From Phoronis australis (lineage: Eukaryota; Animalia; Phoronida): a stretch of 64,000 nucleotides of DNA. A model generated the notes under the pieces. It made no database searches. It was not told where the DNA came from and worked only from the letters and a program-made list of their open reading frames with translations. A program made the translations under genes and the position numbers. Numbering within the stretch: the first letter of the stretch is position 1; every line of letters begins with the position of its first letter. Location of the stretch: contig NMRA01000315.1 in NCBI GenBank assembly GCA_002633005.1, positions 1-64,000 on the forward strand. The letters run 5' to 3'. Of the stretch, positions 1 to 13,465 are shown piece by piece.

Positions 1-365
1 GAGAGGGTCCAGTAACCTAGCAGAGCAGGTTGGGCCTCCCAGAAAGAACACAAATTTGTTGCTTCATTGCTATCGTCTTTTATTTTTTTCCACGTACGAG
101 TAACCGCTCAGAAACGGAAACACGTACAATTGTAAGTTCAATATCGGTGTAAATGTATACTGCTCTTGTGTGTGTTCTTGTGGAAATTGCACAGCATGAA
201 AAGTCGGTGTTATGAGCTTTTTTTAGACAAAATCACACTTTCTGAAGATGATTCTCATTTATTTGAAGATTGGGAATATGCATATTTCAGCCTAAAACTA
301 CACAAATCTGTGGTGTTGAAATATGATAGTTATTCGTTTTCTGAAAACGTGTTTTTCCAATAAGT

Positions 366-1719
366 CTATTTGTTTATTTCACAAATGGCATATGCCTTGT
401 AGGAGCATGCGTCGTCGTCAAACTTGGAGTCGTGAGGACTGGCCTTTTCGTAGCGTAGAAACAGACACTTGTGCGTTAGTGACACACCTGAAAAGATAGA
501 CAAGTGATGTATGCTTAACTGGGTCTATTTTTGTTCCAAATTCTCTCCCTCTTGTCACAAATGTGGCATCTAGAGCCAAAGCGGAGCCCGACCGGGACAT
601 CCTAACAACTTCGCCAAAACAGCCCCAGTTGCCTTGTACTGTGCTTCACTATTTTTGTTTTCTACCTCAACAAGTACATGTACATCTGCAAACTGCTAAA
701 TATTGCGATACATAACATATTCATAGCTTAAAAACTGCAATATTCTATAGTGCGTTAGTGGAAGAAGTTGTTCTTTCAATCGAAGGTATTGTTGAATGCA
801 CAAAGTGATTAAAATTCTGCCAAAAATTACCTACTTGGGAAGTTGGAGCAATTTACCAAATACGGGCGCTGAAATTGATCGCTCGCAGTCTTAGGGAATT
901 CCCATATGTAAGAATTTTAACCGCTTGGTCCAGTACCAAAACTTGTTAGATTATAAGTTCCTTTCACTTGAAGCGGGCATTTCTAATGTTTGCATGAAAC
1001 AGCTTAAAGAAACTATTGATTCTCCCTATATGGGACTTCCGTGGCATTTTGTCTTTACTTTGGAAACATTATCGACAGCCAAAGTCTAGTTGGTTAAACA
1101 GCACAGCAAGCGCACTAGAGGGCGTAACACACCACTAGCAAATCTATTCACACTATGCGATGGCAAGATAGTTTTAATAAATAAACTTACTTAGTGCAGC
1201 CCGATTATTGTATGTCAGTGGTGTTTTTGATTCAGCCCACACGAACTTCCCGTCGACATCGCGCCTTTTCGCGCCTATTGCATACCATCCTTCCAAATCA
1301 GGTCTTTCTTGCTGGTCCATCGTAGCCAGGACAGTGTCAAGTTTTTCTTTTGACTGAAATTCGGCCAAATAGCCATGATCTTGCCTGCAGCGCTGAAGAG
1401 CTTCATCCCAGCTTATTTTATCGTAGATAAACTTAAAACAGCCGAATTCGTTTTTTATGAAACCGAAAGGGCATTGCGATGTCGCAGTCACGAGTTTTTC
1501 GTTGATCTCATCAAAACGAGCAATTAATTTTGCCTCAAAAGCTTTTATTCCGCTACTCAGTTCATTGATTTTTGAGGCCGTCTCCCTCTGAATGTTTTCT
1601 AGCAGAACCTGTTGTTTCTGAAGCATGTCCACCAGCGGATTGCTAGGTGGAACATCTGTGGCGTGAAATCCAGAGACGGAAAAAGCAGACAACAACCCAC
1701 AAACTATCAATGCCGCCAT
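366..1719 (-). CDS. Secreted C-type lectin domain protein with N-terminal coiled coil, copy A (2 exons: 1719-1191, 487-366; 216 aa)
   Basis: Hydrophobic signal peptide MAALIVCGLLSAFSVSG, a heptad-like segment, then CTLD motifs CPFGF..GCFKF..SWDEALQRC..GYLAEF..YAIGA..GKFVW. Donor CTAA|GTAAGT at 1191/1190 (phase 1) joins acceptor ttttcag at 488/487. Exon 2 reads SVSLTHKCLFLRYEKASPHDSKFDDDACSYKAYAICEINK*, completing the CTLD cysteines. Confidence 0.9.
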
Positions 1720-1781
1720 GACTTACTTCTACGAAAGTACATGTATGTCTAACGACTGCGAGATAATAGCGGGCAAAAGTT

Positions 1782-2110
1782 NNNNNNNNNNNNNNNNNNN
1801 NNNNNNNNNNNNNNNNNNNNNNNNNNNNNNNNNNNNNNNNNNNNNNNNNNNNNNNNNNNNNNNNNNNNNNNNNNNNNNNNNNNNNNNNNNNNNNNNNNNN
1901 NNNNNNNNNNNNNNNNNNNNNNNNNNNNNNNNNNNNNNNNNNNNNNNNNNNNNNNNNNNNNNNNNNNNNNNNNNNNNNNNNNNNNNNNNNNNNNNNNNNN
2001 NNNNNNNNNNNNNNNNNNNNNNNNNNNNNNNNNNNNNNNNNNNNNNNNNNNNNNNNNNNNNNNNNNNNNNNNNNNNNNNNNNNNNNNNNNNNNNNNNNNN
2101 NNNNNNNNNN
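1782..2110. other. Assembly gap (N run)
   Basis: Run of N immediately upstream of lectin copy A. Confidence 1.
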
Positions 2111-2718
2111 TTTTTGAGATTTCGGATTGAAAGCGATTGGTCTTAGATGTACTAAATTTGTGTATTGAGGAGTTGAGTATGGTGAAACATTTACACCATC
2201 CATCAATAAAGAACGCCACATGTACTTTGTCTCAACCACGAAATGAAATTATCGAAATTATTGGAAAGCACGCCAAAAAAGCTGATATTGAAAAAGGAAA
2301 TAAACAATGCAAAATTCTGTTCCGTCATGGCTTTGTTCATATAATTAGTAGGTGCCGATGACAGCATTCGAGAAGAGTTGCTAGAAATATGCCTTTGTAT
2401 TCTTGCACACGTATATAACTTGCAAACACGTAGCTGAATGCATTATGAGCACCTTGGCGTCCAGACAATCCCACCCGAACGCTCTATTGTAGCATTATAC
2501 ATCACTTCGTTTGCAATGCGCAAAGCACTGAAAATGTAACTTGCAAAATGAATATTGAGTTAAATAAACTGTACGTCTGTTATTGCATTTTCCGTACAAA
2601 CTTATTATTTTTTTGAAAATGAAACATTGAAAAGTAATTACGTCGCTTACTTGTTTACTCTTTACCGGTATAGGGACGACGCCAATTTTTGCGAAACATT
2701 AAAATGTCCACCGTCCTC

Positions 2719-2880
2719 CAGGGGCTGATCCAGGATTTTGAGTTAGGGGCGCCCAGGGCAGAGTATTATCCAGGACTTTACCTGTCAGACATTCGTACCC
2801 CTGTACTGCCAAATGGAATATGAGAGAATTTTAGGAGGGGAGTATGGCCCCCCCTGCCCCCGCCCTTAAAACCGCCACTG
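2719..2880. mobile_element. MITE, CAG[GT]GGCGGAT-type termini
   Basis: Ends caggggctgatcc ... aaaccgccactg; interior (ggattttgagtt, ctgccaaatggaat) shared with copies at 4611, 26266 and 56377. Confidence 0.75.
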
Positions 2881-2919
2881 AGAACATCCCCTCCCGTAAT
2901 CCTGATGTGTGTTGAGAAA

Positions 2920-3089
2920 CGCTAGGACCTATGCTAGGTCCTAGATTATATTTCGCCAAAGTCACGTGTTCTCATCAAAGACGCTCTCTACGGTCTCTGT
3001 TCTCATTCAAAATATACTATAATATCTCGTGTAATCTCGCGAAGTCTTGCTTTTTAGCGACGTCCGAGCGTTACTGAACGGGAGGCTGG
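2920..3089. repeat. Dispersed palindromic repeat (cgctaggacct...cgttactgaacgggaggctg family)
   Basis: Same sequence at about 16191-16329 and, outside the duplication, at about 52881-53028. Confidence 0.75.
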
Positions 3090-4489
3090 TGACAGGCCTC
3101 GTTGGCACGTGCGCTAAATTTACATACCTAAGCGACATCCTCTGTGACAAGAAAGGAAGCTTTTGTCAGTAAAAAAATGACGACGCATCAGCAGAAAATC
3201 TCTCTTGACTTTTTCTTTCAAAATTTCGGACAGAAAATAGGAAAGTTTCTGACCGACAGTCAACGCAAAATACTTATCTACACTGGTCAGTGCTCAAAGT
3301 AGCCTACTTAACTTTTTGTAAAATCACCCAATGGCAATTTGGGCGTGATTCCAGGAACTTTCTCACTTTCTTCACACAAGCCACTGTTTGTGTGAGCGAG
3401 CCAGTTTTCTGACACATAAAACTGTGTGATCACCAACACATTTCGAGAAGATTTACACCGTTCCGCTTGATTTCCTCGGCGACAAAATTTCGAATAGTTG
3501 GTAGAAGTTCCCGCTTCGTTTTTTCTTTGAGGGTTTTCAATCACAAAATAGAAATTTCTGATCGATAGTCACCGAAAAGGCTCGTATAAATTGTTCAGGG
3601 CTTAAAGTAATTTGACTTTCTCAAGAATTAACGTATGATTGTGGAACCTGAGGGGGAATTCGATACCACGTTCATCTCATTAGAAACTAGAAAGCGGTTT
3701 CCTAGGGAGAAATAAGGCTTGGGTGACACCATCTGTGGAAGCTTCAGGATGAACTGCTGACATGACGATTGTACATGTGCAATCAGTTAATGACCATTGA
3801 TTTACATGTAAGTAGATAAATCCTTTTTCTCCGGATTTTAAATCTTTGAAATTGAGAGTAGGTAAGATTTTACGAATTATAATTTTTTTTTTCAACAAAC
3901 TCGTTTAGTTTTAATCGACGGTGTCACTACCACGTCTATAAATATGCATTATGAAAGTGGCCAATTTGAATTTTACCTCGGGTCAAGTAACTGCCCTGTT
4001 TTAGTGATTTCAACAAACCCTCGTTATTGCATTGGCGTCTTACTTAAGTGATGAAAGCAGGATTCAACTAAAACTGATATTATCTGTGTCATAGAATTTA
4101 TACCATGGCTCTTAGTGGGATGTCGTGTAATTCACCTAAAGCATACTGAATGTTACGCTTGCTCGTTTAGAAGACGTGTAACTTGAGGAATTCTTCAAAC
4201 TTTGCTCCAAATCTTTGAGGGTTGTCGAGAACGTAGAGTTATTTTGTTTCAGAAAATTAGATGGGAAAGTTGTTGTTAATATATGTTAATTGGCCCAAAT
4301 CAGGTTTGGTATCCTTTTAGGCGCTGGGTTGTTTTCCGTAGGCTCAAGACACTCGCGAAACACTTGCGTCGAACAATCTTCGCTTATGGAACGGAAACAT
4401 TACATCCCTTTCACAAACATTTTAAGTCTGGCCTACACGTCACCTGTTTTCTACATCACATTACTTAATGAACATAAGTCCGAAAAGAT

Positions 4490-4565
4490 TTCTGCCCCCC
4501 CCACCGGGACTCGAATCCAGGACCTTTTGCTAACTGTGGCCAACAGGTGGCGTGCATACCAGACT
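4490..4565 (-). mobile_element. tRNA-derived SINE-like head
   Basis: Minus strand reads ...cagttagcaaaaggtcctggATTCGAGTCCcggtgg (B-box/T-arm-like). Paralog near 18330-18405 has GGTTCGAGTCC; related copy near 26429-26520. No complete cloverleaf. Confidence 0.55.
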
Positions 4566-4610
4566 TAAAATGTTTGTGATCTATACTTCCATGTCGTTTA
4601 AAGATTTACT

Positions 4611-4760
4611 CAGTGGTGGATTTAGAGGGGGCCATGACCCCCCCCCGAAAATTCTCCCAGATTCCATTTTGCAGTTCGGGGGTGCGAATGTCTGCCCGAA
4701 AAATCCTGGCTAATACTCTAACCTGGCCCCCACTAACTCAAAATTCTGGATCTGCCCCTG
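4611..4760. mobile_element. MITE, CAG[GT]GGCGGAT-type termini
   Basis: cagtggtggattt ... ggatctgcccctg; flanks ttact/ttagt; paralog at 18450-18595. Confidence 0.8.
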
Positions 4761-5072
4761 TTAGTATATCCCTTTATTCAACATTCCAAACTCATCTCAA
4801 TCCACTTGAAGTGACCGTCATTTAGCTCGAGTTAAATCTGTCTCTCCCGTCTGCATCAACCAGGCGGTGATGTGAAAATACAGGTGCTAGTCACTTCAGC
4901 ATAACAGTCGTAGGCCTACGGTGAATGATATGCATAAACATGTAGATCTATGAGTTACAGCAGGTGTTTAATTTTTTGTTTCAAACAAGGTAATCTTTTT
5001 CATGAACTTCAATGTTTGCGGTCGTTGAAACAGATAGTAACCCTAGAAACGCGAGGAATGTCATTTGGAGTT

Positions 5073-5335
5073 CACGCGCGCACCCATCCCTCAATATGGG
5101 GGCTCGAATCTCTGACAAAGAGGACCGTTTGCTAACGAAAAAGCGGGAGGACTAAAAATAGAAAAAAACGGGGTACCACCTTCAGGTCTGTGAACTGTGA
5201 GTCTGTGCCTTTTTAGTGGACTTTTGTCTCGCTTTCTCGGTCTTTTTCCCCTGTGGTGGACCTTTTTACCCACTTCGCCAAATGGGGGGGNGGTGGCTCG
5301 TTCGAGCCCCCCTAGCCCCCCTGGGTGTGCACATG
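5073..5335. mobile_element. MITE, CATGCGCG-ACCCA-type termini, specific to the left unit
   Basis: cacgcgcgcaccca ... tgggtgtgcacatg; flanks gagtt/gactt; absent at the paralogous site near 18,885. Confidence 0.8.
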
Positions 5336-7168
5336 GACTTAGTGGAGCGTCGACTACTGTCAGAATGGGCCTTGCCACACCTTTAACCTTTACGATAGAC
5401 TGCAGTAAAACAATCAGAAGCCAATATTTCACAGTCACGTGCTGGCATTTTGCATAAATAAGTGAGAATCTTTCCTTTGCAGAACACAACCTTCGGAACA
5501 TCGTGTCTCAGAAATGGCTCATCAAGTTCATAAGAAACTTTCAAATGCTATGCTTCATCCACTGTTTCTCAAAAATGCTGTTACGATTGTTTTCAAAATG
5601 TTCCACTTCATCATGAGGGGCTATCGAAAATAGGACAGACATGAATCTCATAAAAAAATATAATTTAGAAAACTGTCAAACGATATTTTTGAGATTTTAT
5701 TTTGAACAGTTACCCTGTATGTAATACAAAATTTGATCCTGTTATTGATCCTGGTGTTTTGCCATACATTTGCCTTTCTTTTGTGCTAAATTTTCCTAAA
5801 ATGACAAGGTCACGTGACCTAATTAGTGACAGATTGGTATAAAGTAAAAATCAAATTCTACGGAATTTCTGCTTCAAGAAAAATATAAAATTTTGCTGAG
5901 TTAAATTCTATAGTTCTATAGATATTTGGCTAAATGTACATGTACAGACTTGCCGATAAGGTCCTTCATAACCTGAACGTTTTTGGAATCACCAGCTAGG
6001 GAGTTTTCATATGTAGCGTATGATGACTCAGCGGGGAGGTAGGAAGCAGGGGGTGAACGCGCACCCCAAGATTTTTTAGGCGTTAAGGTTAAATCGTGGC
6101 TACCGGCACGGAAGGCGGATGGCCGAGGGCAAATGTGAAAAGAAAGACAGCGAATCATGGAGAAGATAGTAAATCAAAGAGAACATTAGGCAACTACCAG
6201 CGCTAGATTTACCCTTTGAGTCGGAGGGACCCATTTTTCAACATAGTAAGTTTAAATGCACTTGAAAAAGTAAAGCACAGCCTTTGTAAAGCATATCAAT
6301 TTACTGGATTTTTATATTCAAGAAGACAATTTACGGAATGCAAAAATATATTCCCCCAGAGACCCCTGAGTAATCTGTCCCTGTGCATTCTTTTTCGTTG
6401 TTTATCGAAATTGTTCATCGCTTGATAAAATTTGAGAGCCTAACAGATAGCATTTAGTGGCTCATTTCCTGCTTATTTGGATAAATAGATCCTTTCGTAT
6501 TTAGGTACCCAGCCCGTGGAGGGGGTCCGTTGATAGCATCCATACGGTCATCCTTTTCGTGTTTTTTATTGATAATTCTTAAGGAGACACTAAAGAAAAG
6601 ATGGACAAACGATGGAACCGATTGCTATGATGGAATTAACTGCCACTCTTTTCTACTTGTTAGTGACGTTTAGCCTTTAAGACGGGGTGTTCTCTCGGAA
6701 TGGCGCCTGGGGCAATTGCCTCTTTACCCTTCTATAAATCCGGTACTGTCAACTGTTCACAAGGCGTAGAAAATAAGATTCAAACATTTTATCGCCCATA
6801 GTCTTGCATTGAGATTGCTAATGGACGTTTTTACAAAAATGACTCGAATAACGTCTAATTATGCTGTCTTTGAGCACTGACCAAAGTAAGCAATGGTCTT
6901 TCGATGACTGTCGTTCAAAAACTTTTAAATTTGTGTTTGAAATTTGGAAAGCAAAAATGTAGAGAAAATTTTTGCCGATGCGTCGCCATTTTGTCACGGA
7001 CAAAAGTAATCTTTCTTGTCAAAGTAGGATGTTGCAAAGGAATGCAAGATTAGCGCACATGCCTACCAGGCCAGTAGCCAGACTTACAAGAGAGGATGTT
7101 CGAATTTCTAGAACGATGAATCTTTTGATATTTCGCATTGGTGTCGATCCCTTACCGCGCGCTATTAA

Positions 7169-8847
7169 AGGAGAATGCCACCCAAAAAACAATCTAATTT
7201 GTATCAATTTAGATAGAGTAGTTCTACTCCATAACGACACGTGCGGTTGCGTTACCTGACACCTGACGGCAGACGAAGGTGTTGAAATTATCCAGTTACG
7301 TCATCGGTTTCACACGCATTCTGTTCAGCAGTTCACAACAAGGGTTACTGGTGTCAGCTTATCGCTTGGAGTCATCGTTTAACACCAATAAATCATCAAA
7401 CTTCGATGTAAAACCCTTAAAAATACACCGAGTTCTTACAAAAACGTGTTGTTTTATTTCACTGTTACGGATTTATTGGTATTTGGACACACCGTAGCCT
7501 ACAAAGTTCGGCAGGCCATTAAGCTCCGTAGCAGGAGTTTGGAGTGTGTTCGGAGATAATTTCGAAGTATTTTCCGTGAGATACAGACAGGAGAACCTAG
7601 ATGTGTGTTGTTTATATTTGTGATTTTCTGAGTTCTAAACACAAAACACTTGTTATCCTGGCCAGTGGCTCGGAGCCCGATCAGGCCCGTCGCGGCCGGC
7701 CGGATTGACTCGTTATCCATACCAGTGGCTCGGAAACTGATCAGACATCACGAACAAACCAGCCAGAGTTCAGTGGAAACTAAACTTCCAGTCAAGAAAA
7801 TACTATACTAGTGAGCCAAAGTAATGTGCACGTGATTATATTGGTGAATTAGCCACGAAACTGCAAATCTACTTACTCGTCGGGGGTCGCGAATTCGTTC
7901 GGCTTTGGCCACAGCACCGTCAGGGCAGAAGTTGTACATTGACAATCATAATGTAAATGTAAATAAAGATCCCCCTAACACCTGGTCGTGGGATAGAAAT
8001 CGAGCTGTTTCACAACAGTTTCTGCCAGCAAACACTAAATTAGCATGAGCTCACACGGCCTCGGTGTCTCGTCAATTAGTTTTATTGCACCTAAAGCCGA
8101 TCAAACGCAGTGATTTATTCATTGCTGGCTTCTCAAATCATTTCGTGCACTCACGAACACTCCAAAGACATTACAAATTGCATCTAATGAGACAGACTTT
8201 GTTTCAGTTTTATATAAGTATTGGTTAGGGTGAGAATAATTCATCTTGAAACAGAACGCTCAGTAATAAACGCCAAACATGGCAACTCGCAATCCCGACT
8301 TAGGACGAGCTAGAGCGGCTCACCAGTCCCGACTTCGCAGGTGGGTCGTTAAGTTTTACAGGCTATCAATTCGAACAGGAATACAGTGATGAAGAAATAC
8401 TAGACAGGCGCCGTGAACAAGCTCAGACAATGGAACGTATGGAGTTATTTGGTAAGCCAGGCATTCGTGAGGCACTGTCGACGTCGTCTGCAGGCCACAG
8501 ACACGGATATGTTTCACGGCCTCATACTTGCTATTTACAGCGTACATTTCATTCTTCACTACCATGAGCCACTTCCTAAGCATTTCGGACTCTCGAGGAA
8601 GTAAAAAAAAACGATATACTCGCTTTCCTCGCGGCTGCTTAGTTCGGACAAGCGGGAACGATACACCGCAACATAGCGGCATTCACTCTGCATATGAACC
8701 ACTGACGTCGCTAGCGTCGTTTCTCACCATCCTCACAGGTTAACGCGACACCTCTTGGCAAGGTAAGGTCGACTGTATGCGAGGCGATGTGGAAATAGAC
8801 CGATTAAGACGGCAAAAAATTCTAATTAAATCGGGTGGCATTCGCCT
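7169..8847. mobile_element. Kolobok-like non-autonomous DNA transposon with degenerate THAP ORF
   Basis: TTAA|aggagaatgccaccc ... gggtggcattcgcct|TTAA (TTAA at 7165-7168 and 8848-8851). Absent from the paralogous site near 20,750. Internal ORF 8356-8682(-) is THAP-like. Confidence 0.8.
8356..8682 (-). pseudogene. Degenerate THAP zinc-finger ORF inside the Kolobok-like element
   Basis: MPLCCGV...RFFLLPRESEMLRKWLMVVK...HIRVCG follows the THAP pattern C..P..W..VC, but the second Cys and the final His-Phe are missing. Confidence 0.6.
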
Positions 8848-8958
8848 TTAAAGAGCTAAAGAGTGAGCGATGCGTCATTGTCGAAAGATTAGGTTTTTAC
8901 AGAAAACGCAAAAACAGAGATGAAAGACATTTTTGTATGAGTTAAAAGTCAACATACA

Positions 8959-9160
8959 CATGCGCGCGCCCAGCCTTCGATATGGGGGCTCGGATTACCG
9001 ACAAACCGACAAAAGAGCGGGCGGACAAAAAAAAAACGGAAACACCTCTGTGAATTGCGACTTTGCGCTTATTTGTCCCATATTCTCGGACTTTTTGTCT
9101 CTCGGGGGCGTACCTTTTTGCCCACTTAGCCAATGGGGGGNCCCCCTGGGTGCGCTCATG
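8959..9160. mobile_element. MITE, CATGCGCG-type termini, 5-bp TSD ATACA, specific to the left unit
   Basis: ataca|catgcgcgcgcccag ... ctgggtgcgctcatg|ataca; empty site caatatacatgttgtaag near 20,864. Confidence 0.88.
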
Positions 9161-10803
9161 ATACATGTTGTAAGTTCCACTTTCAGTATTTTCTGTATTG
9201 AAATGACGAGATATATAAGGGTACAAGAGAGCGTTCGCTTAGGACTGATTGGACGCCAGCGAGCCTATCCAATGTGCAACTACGTTTATTTTGCCTGTAC
9301 ATATCCAAAGATATTTAAAATAATTCACAAGTGAAAATGATCGCTAATTTCACTTTTAGGGTTACCAATTGACGATATCGTGGAAATTACATCTCCAAAA
9401 TTTCAGTCACAAGCTATCTCTAAAACACATCTCCAACGCATATCTTGAAGCAAAGTTATTGGATGCTAACTTTATCCACCTTCATTACGAAGCATGTGCC
9501 AGGGCATACAATAAGTGCGGGCGCGTAGAAATCATAAAAGGCGGACACAGCGCCAGTCTGAACAAACAAAAAGTAATGCTCATTCTCAACCACTGTGTGG
9601 TGACTTAAATGTTTTGTTATTAGATGAAATTTGTAACATTGCCTGCCGCCTGCGTTAAGTTACTACACGACATGATCAATAGTTCTTCTCCAACCGGATA
9701 TTTCCGAAATAACTTCGTCTTTATGGATTCTTTCCGCTTGGATGGGATTGCACACCGCAATGTTCACGCCCCCTTGCGGCTTACTGACTTTGCTACAGCC
9801 CTACCTCACATGGACAGCGCAGCGCTAAAATAATTGGGAAGCTATAGCCCACCCTCCGACCAAGCCTCAGCTAAGAACAATAATTCCTAAATCTAGTAGC
9901 AACCAGATTTTGCTTTTGAATAAAAACAACAGCGGAAATAAAATGGTTTAATTACGTCTTTTGTATCTCATTTAAATAGTAAAATATAAAAATAACGCCA
10001 AATTACAGCAAAATATGCCACAAATGACACTGTAATTAAGTGTACATTTTGCCCAGATTTCGAGTTAGCAGTCCGTGAGCAATGATTCTTTGTGGATATG
10101 AGTCCTCGAGTCGTGCGTTTTGGGTACGTAAGCAGCGTTTTGAACGCAAACAGAAGCATTGTTGTGGTTATTTTCTCTTCTAGCGAAAGAGACGCCTGTT
10201 CCTACCCATTTGCTTTTTGAAAGACACAATGCATTCATTTGACCCACTGTGTCCATTTTGATCCGTTATGTCCATTTTGACCGATTACATCAGTTTAGAC
10301 CCCAATTCACACATGGCTTAAAATAAGGTAGTCCAGGTAGAGAGGTGCTAGTAATTCATCTTTAACAAGTTATCTACATGTATGTACAGTTGTTGGGTTC
10401 TTCAAGCCCATTTCCAGTCCGTTCAGCAAGATCCAGGACGAACTCGCACGTCCTGAGAAGAACAGGATTATTGAGCTGCTGCCAAGTGTCTTTGTCTTTA
10501 TGGATTCTTTCTTCACTAATAATTTGGATGGGACTGCACACCGCAATGTTTACGCCCCCTCGCGGCTTACTGACTTTGATACAGCCCTACCTCACATGGT
10601 CCGCACAGGTAGAGAGATAATTTATATTTAACAAGTTATCTACATGTATGTACAGTAGTTGGGTTGTTCAAGCCCATCTCTCGCATTTCCTGAGAACAGG
10701 ATTGAGTTGCTGCCAAGTGCTTCTCTGTTCTTTAGTTGACGCCTCACGTGATCACATCATGGGAACGTTACGCCATCTCCAAACAGACTGATGGAGTTTG
10801 GCT

Positions 10804-12726
10804 TCATCGTATCCCCACTAAGTGCTCGCTCACGCTCCAAAGTTGTTTTCTCAGAGGTTCATCATTCACCATTGCTGTCTCTGTTGCAACAAAGTAGTTG
10901 TCATAGTAACATCCCGAAACTACGTCATCCGCTACGGCGCAATGGATTGTGGTTTGTGCACCTTCACAAGGAGTCTATGGAATGGAAACACGATATACAT
11001 TTATACATATATCCGCAACTCCATCATTTGAGACAAAACATCAATGCCCTGTAATATGGTACATGTATGGGTTGATAATTTCCAAAAATTGTTGATATCA
11101 CAGGTATGCCTTTACACTAATTTCATCAATGAAAAACAATTTCAAAAATGGTTTGTTCACTGGTCACATCTCACGGTAATTACCTTAAGTAGTCTAGCCT
11201 TGGCCAGAAAATAAACACCTTGTCTAATACGGGGTTGTGTCGCATGACTTCTGTTTTGACAATTCCTGGGTGTAGACTCAGCACCTCGACACATGGGAAG
11301 CATTCAAAGAACATTAAGATGTTTCGATACGGGCGGAAAATCAATAAACCAGCGGAGTCTCGTGTGCACGAGACAAAGTAAAAGCTGCGTTAGCTTGCGC
11401 GTTGTTGACTTTAAAGATGTTCTTTCCCCGTCATTTTGTTTACAAAATTTTTACAAAACGAATTTTCACGTAAATCAACTTATTAGAAACTTGCAAATAG
11501 CGCTCTTTTAACATCACTTCAATTTTGCATAAAATAAACAAAATTTCTTAGAGAATTTTGAATTTGAGTTTTGAAATTCCTGGAGGTGCACGAACAAAAT
11601 GGCCGCCTCAGCGGAATGCTGAAAATGGCTACGATCAATACGGATTTTAGTTAGAACTGGTAAACATCGTTCAGTTTCGACATCTACTGATTTAATCGTG
11701 GCCCTGAAACAACATTTAAGGCCATAAAGTCACGCTGCGGGCGGACTCACGAAGTTTTGCAGATTGGACGACATATTATTTGGCTTCTCTTAATGGGGCC
11801 TGACGTCACTCATTTTCGTACGCTTATCATTTTCATGAAAATTGCAATTTCGTTTATAGAGTTTGTTTGAAAACGTCACAGTGATAGGTATCAATTACAA
11901 GAAAAGCAGGTGAAATGACAAAAATAGGGCAAGTATAAAAGAGGTATATTGTAGTAACAATAAACCGATTTTAATTATTACTGTGATTTTTCTTATTCAT
12001 TTGATTATCCAGAAATAAATACAGATACTGTGCGGCTATAACAAACTCTCTAACTAGTACTAACCTGTTTCCGATTGCCGTTCGGCGAGATCTTTCGAGA
12101 ACAAAATCTGCGCCAGTTTTGTGTCCCTATACAATAAATAGGGACGGAAGTCTCGAACAGAGAACAAGTCGTCGAAATTAATTTTTGCTGGCTTCAAATC
12201 CATGATGGATGAGACGTTAAGTATGCGACACGGCGCTGACCTTTTTAGAATATCTGTAAAACGATCACGTATTGTCACAACAATCACATTTCTTTTATGC
12301 TTATAAAAAGCTACACAATTGAAGTCGGCACGGTTTTCAGGCTTTGCCTGAGCGCAAAATAATTTGATATGGAATGTTCAAATAAAATGATAAAATTCGG
12401 CAATGCTCTAATTGTTGATAGTAAATTTGTGGTATAAGAAAGTTTTTTATTTGTTGTCGCGGCTCATTATCAGTTGTGTTACAACTGTACATTCAGTCAA
12501 GTGAAAAGCGTGCAGGAAACAGGTCATAGACGAACTTGTCCTCTAATGGTTTGTAAGATTCACATGGAAACTATAGTGAATATTTTGTAAAGTACACGTG
12601 GATGAATATTATTTTTTTTGTAAAATTACACCATACCTAATAGTAAATAGGTCATCAAGAAGTGGCCTACATGATTGGTAGCCCAGGTAAGCTCTAATAC
12701 ATTGTCAGTCATTGTCAGCGGTAAAC
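10804..12726 (-). pseudogene. 5'-truncated RDH-like SDR pseudogene (exons 3-6 only: 12726-12637, 12253-12065, 11292-11184, 10974-10804)
   Basis: Paralog of 21754-23528. Exons 1-2 (Rossmann TGANTGIG, NNAG) are absent. The exon 5 acceptor is AT instead of AG (11294-11293), and exon 5 is 109 nt versus 110 nt (caaac to aaaa, frameshift). Confidence 0.88.
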
Positions 12727-13465
12727 CTAAAACGAAACGAAATCCGATTTACGTGAAAAGCAGGTTGCACGAAGGACGATCTCTTTATAGCTAAGCTTGA
12801 TGCACTGTCGCAAGAGGCGTCAATCATAATTTTGGTGATAAGATTTTTTTATTAGGTTATTATTGATTCATTGCTAATTACTTTGACAGTATAATTCTTT
12901 TATCATTCGGTTGGTATACGCAATACACTGTGCAAAGACATTATGTACGTTAGCCACGAAAATCTTTTTCACTGAATATCAAACACAGCGTTTCAAGCTC
13001 TCTGTTACAGATTGTTCTGCCTTTGGATTAGATACTACAGACTAGTACCTAGGGTAGACTGCTCCGAACCCTTACGACTGATGATTGGTCATAAACATGA
13101 GAGGGTCCAGTTACTTAGCAGCGCAGGTTAGGCCTCCCAGAAAGAACACAAATTTGTTGTTTCATTGCTATCGTCTTTTATTTTTTATTCCACGTATGAG
13201 TAACTGCTAAGAAACGGCAACATGTACAATTATAAGTTCAGTATCGGTGTAAATGTATACTGCTCTTGTGTGTGTTCTTGTGGAAATTGCACAACATGAA
13301 AAGTCGGTGTTATGAGCTTTTTTTAGACAAAATCACACTTTCTGAAGATGATTCTCATTTATTTGAAGATTGGGAATATGCATATTTCAGCCTAAAACTA
13401 CACAAATCTGTTGTGTTGAAATTTAACAGTTATTCGTTTTCTGAAAACGTGTTTTTCCACTTGGT

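Larger units (their letters stand above)
1..12838. repeat. Tandem segmental duplication, left unit (continues beyond window start)
   Basis: Position 1 (gagagggtccag) matches 13,099. Colinear homology continues through the lectin, intergenic repeats and RDH exons 6 to 3, up to cataattttggtga at about 12,838, which corresponds to about 23,640. Confidence 0.93.

Noticed and set aside
1174-1190. Different C-termini of the two lectin ORFs (SKFIY* versus SKFIDLKPSCHRIV*) read as a truncation
   Set aside because: Both tails are intron read-through past the GTAAGT donor; the spliced exon 2 is intact in both copies
1643-2239. Long ORFs spanning 1643-2239 and 14746-15171
   Set aside because: Artefacts of translation through N gaps
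4490-4565. tRNA gene
   Set aside because: B-box-like T arm only, with no coherent acceptor and D stems. The diverged dispersed copies fit a SINE; the same applies near 26,470 and 54,065.
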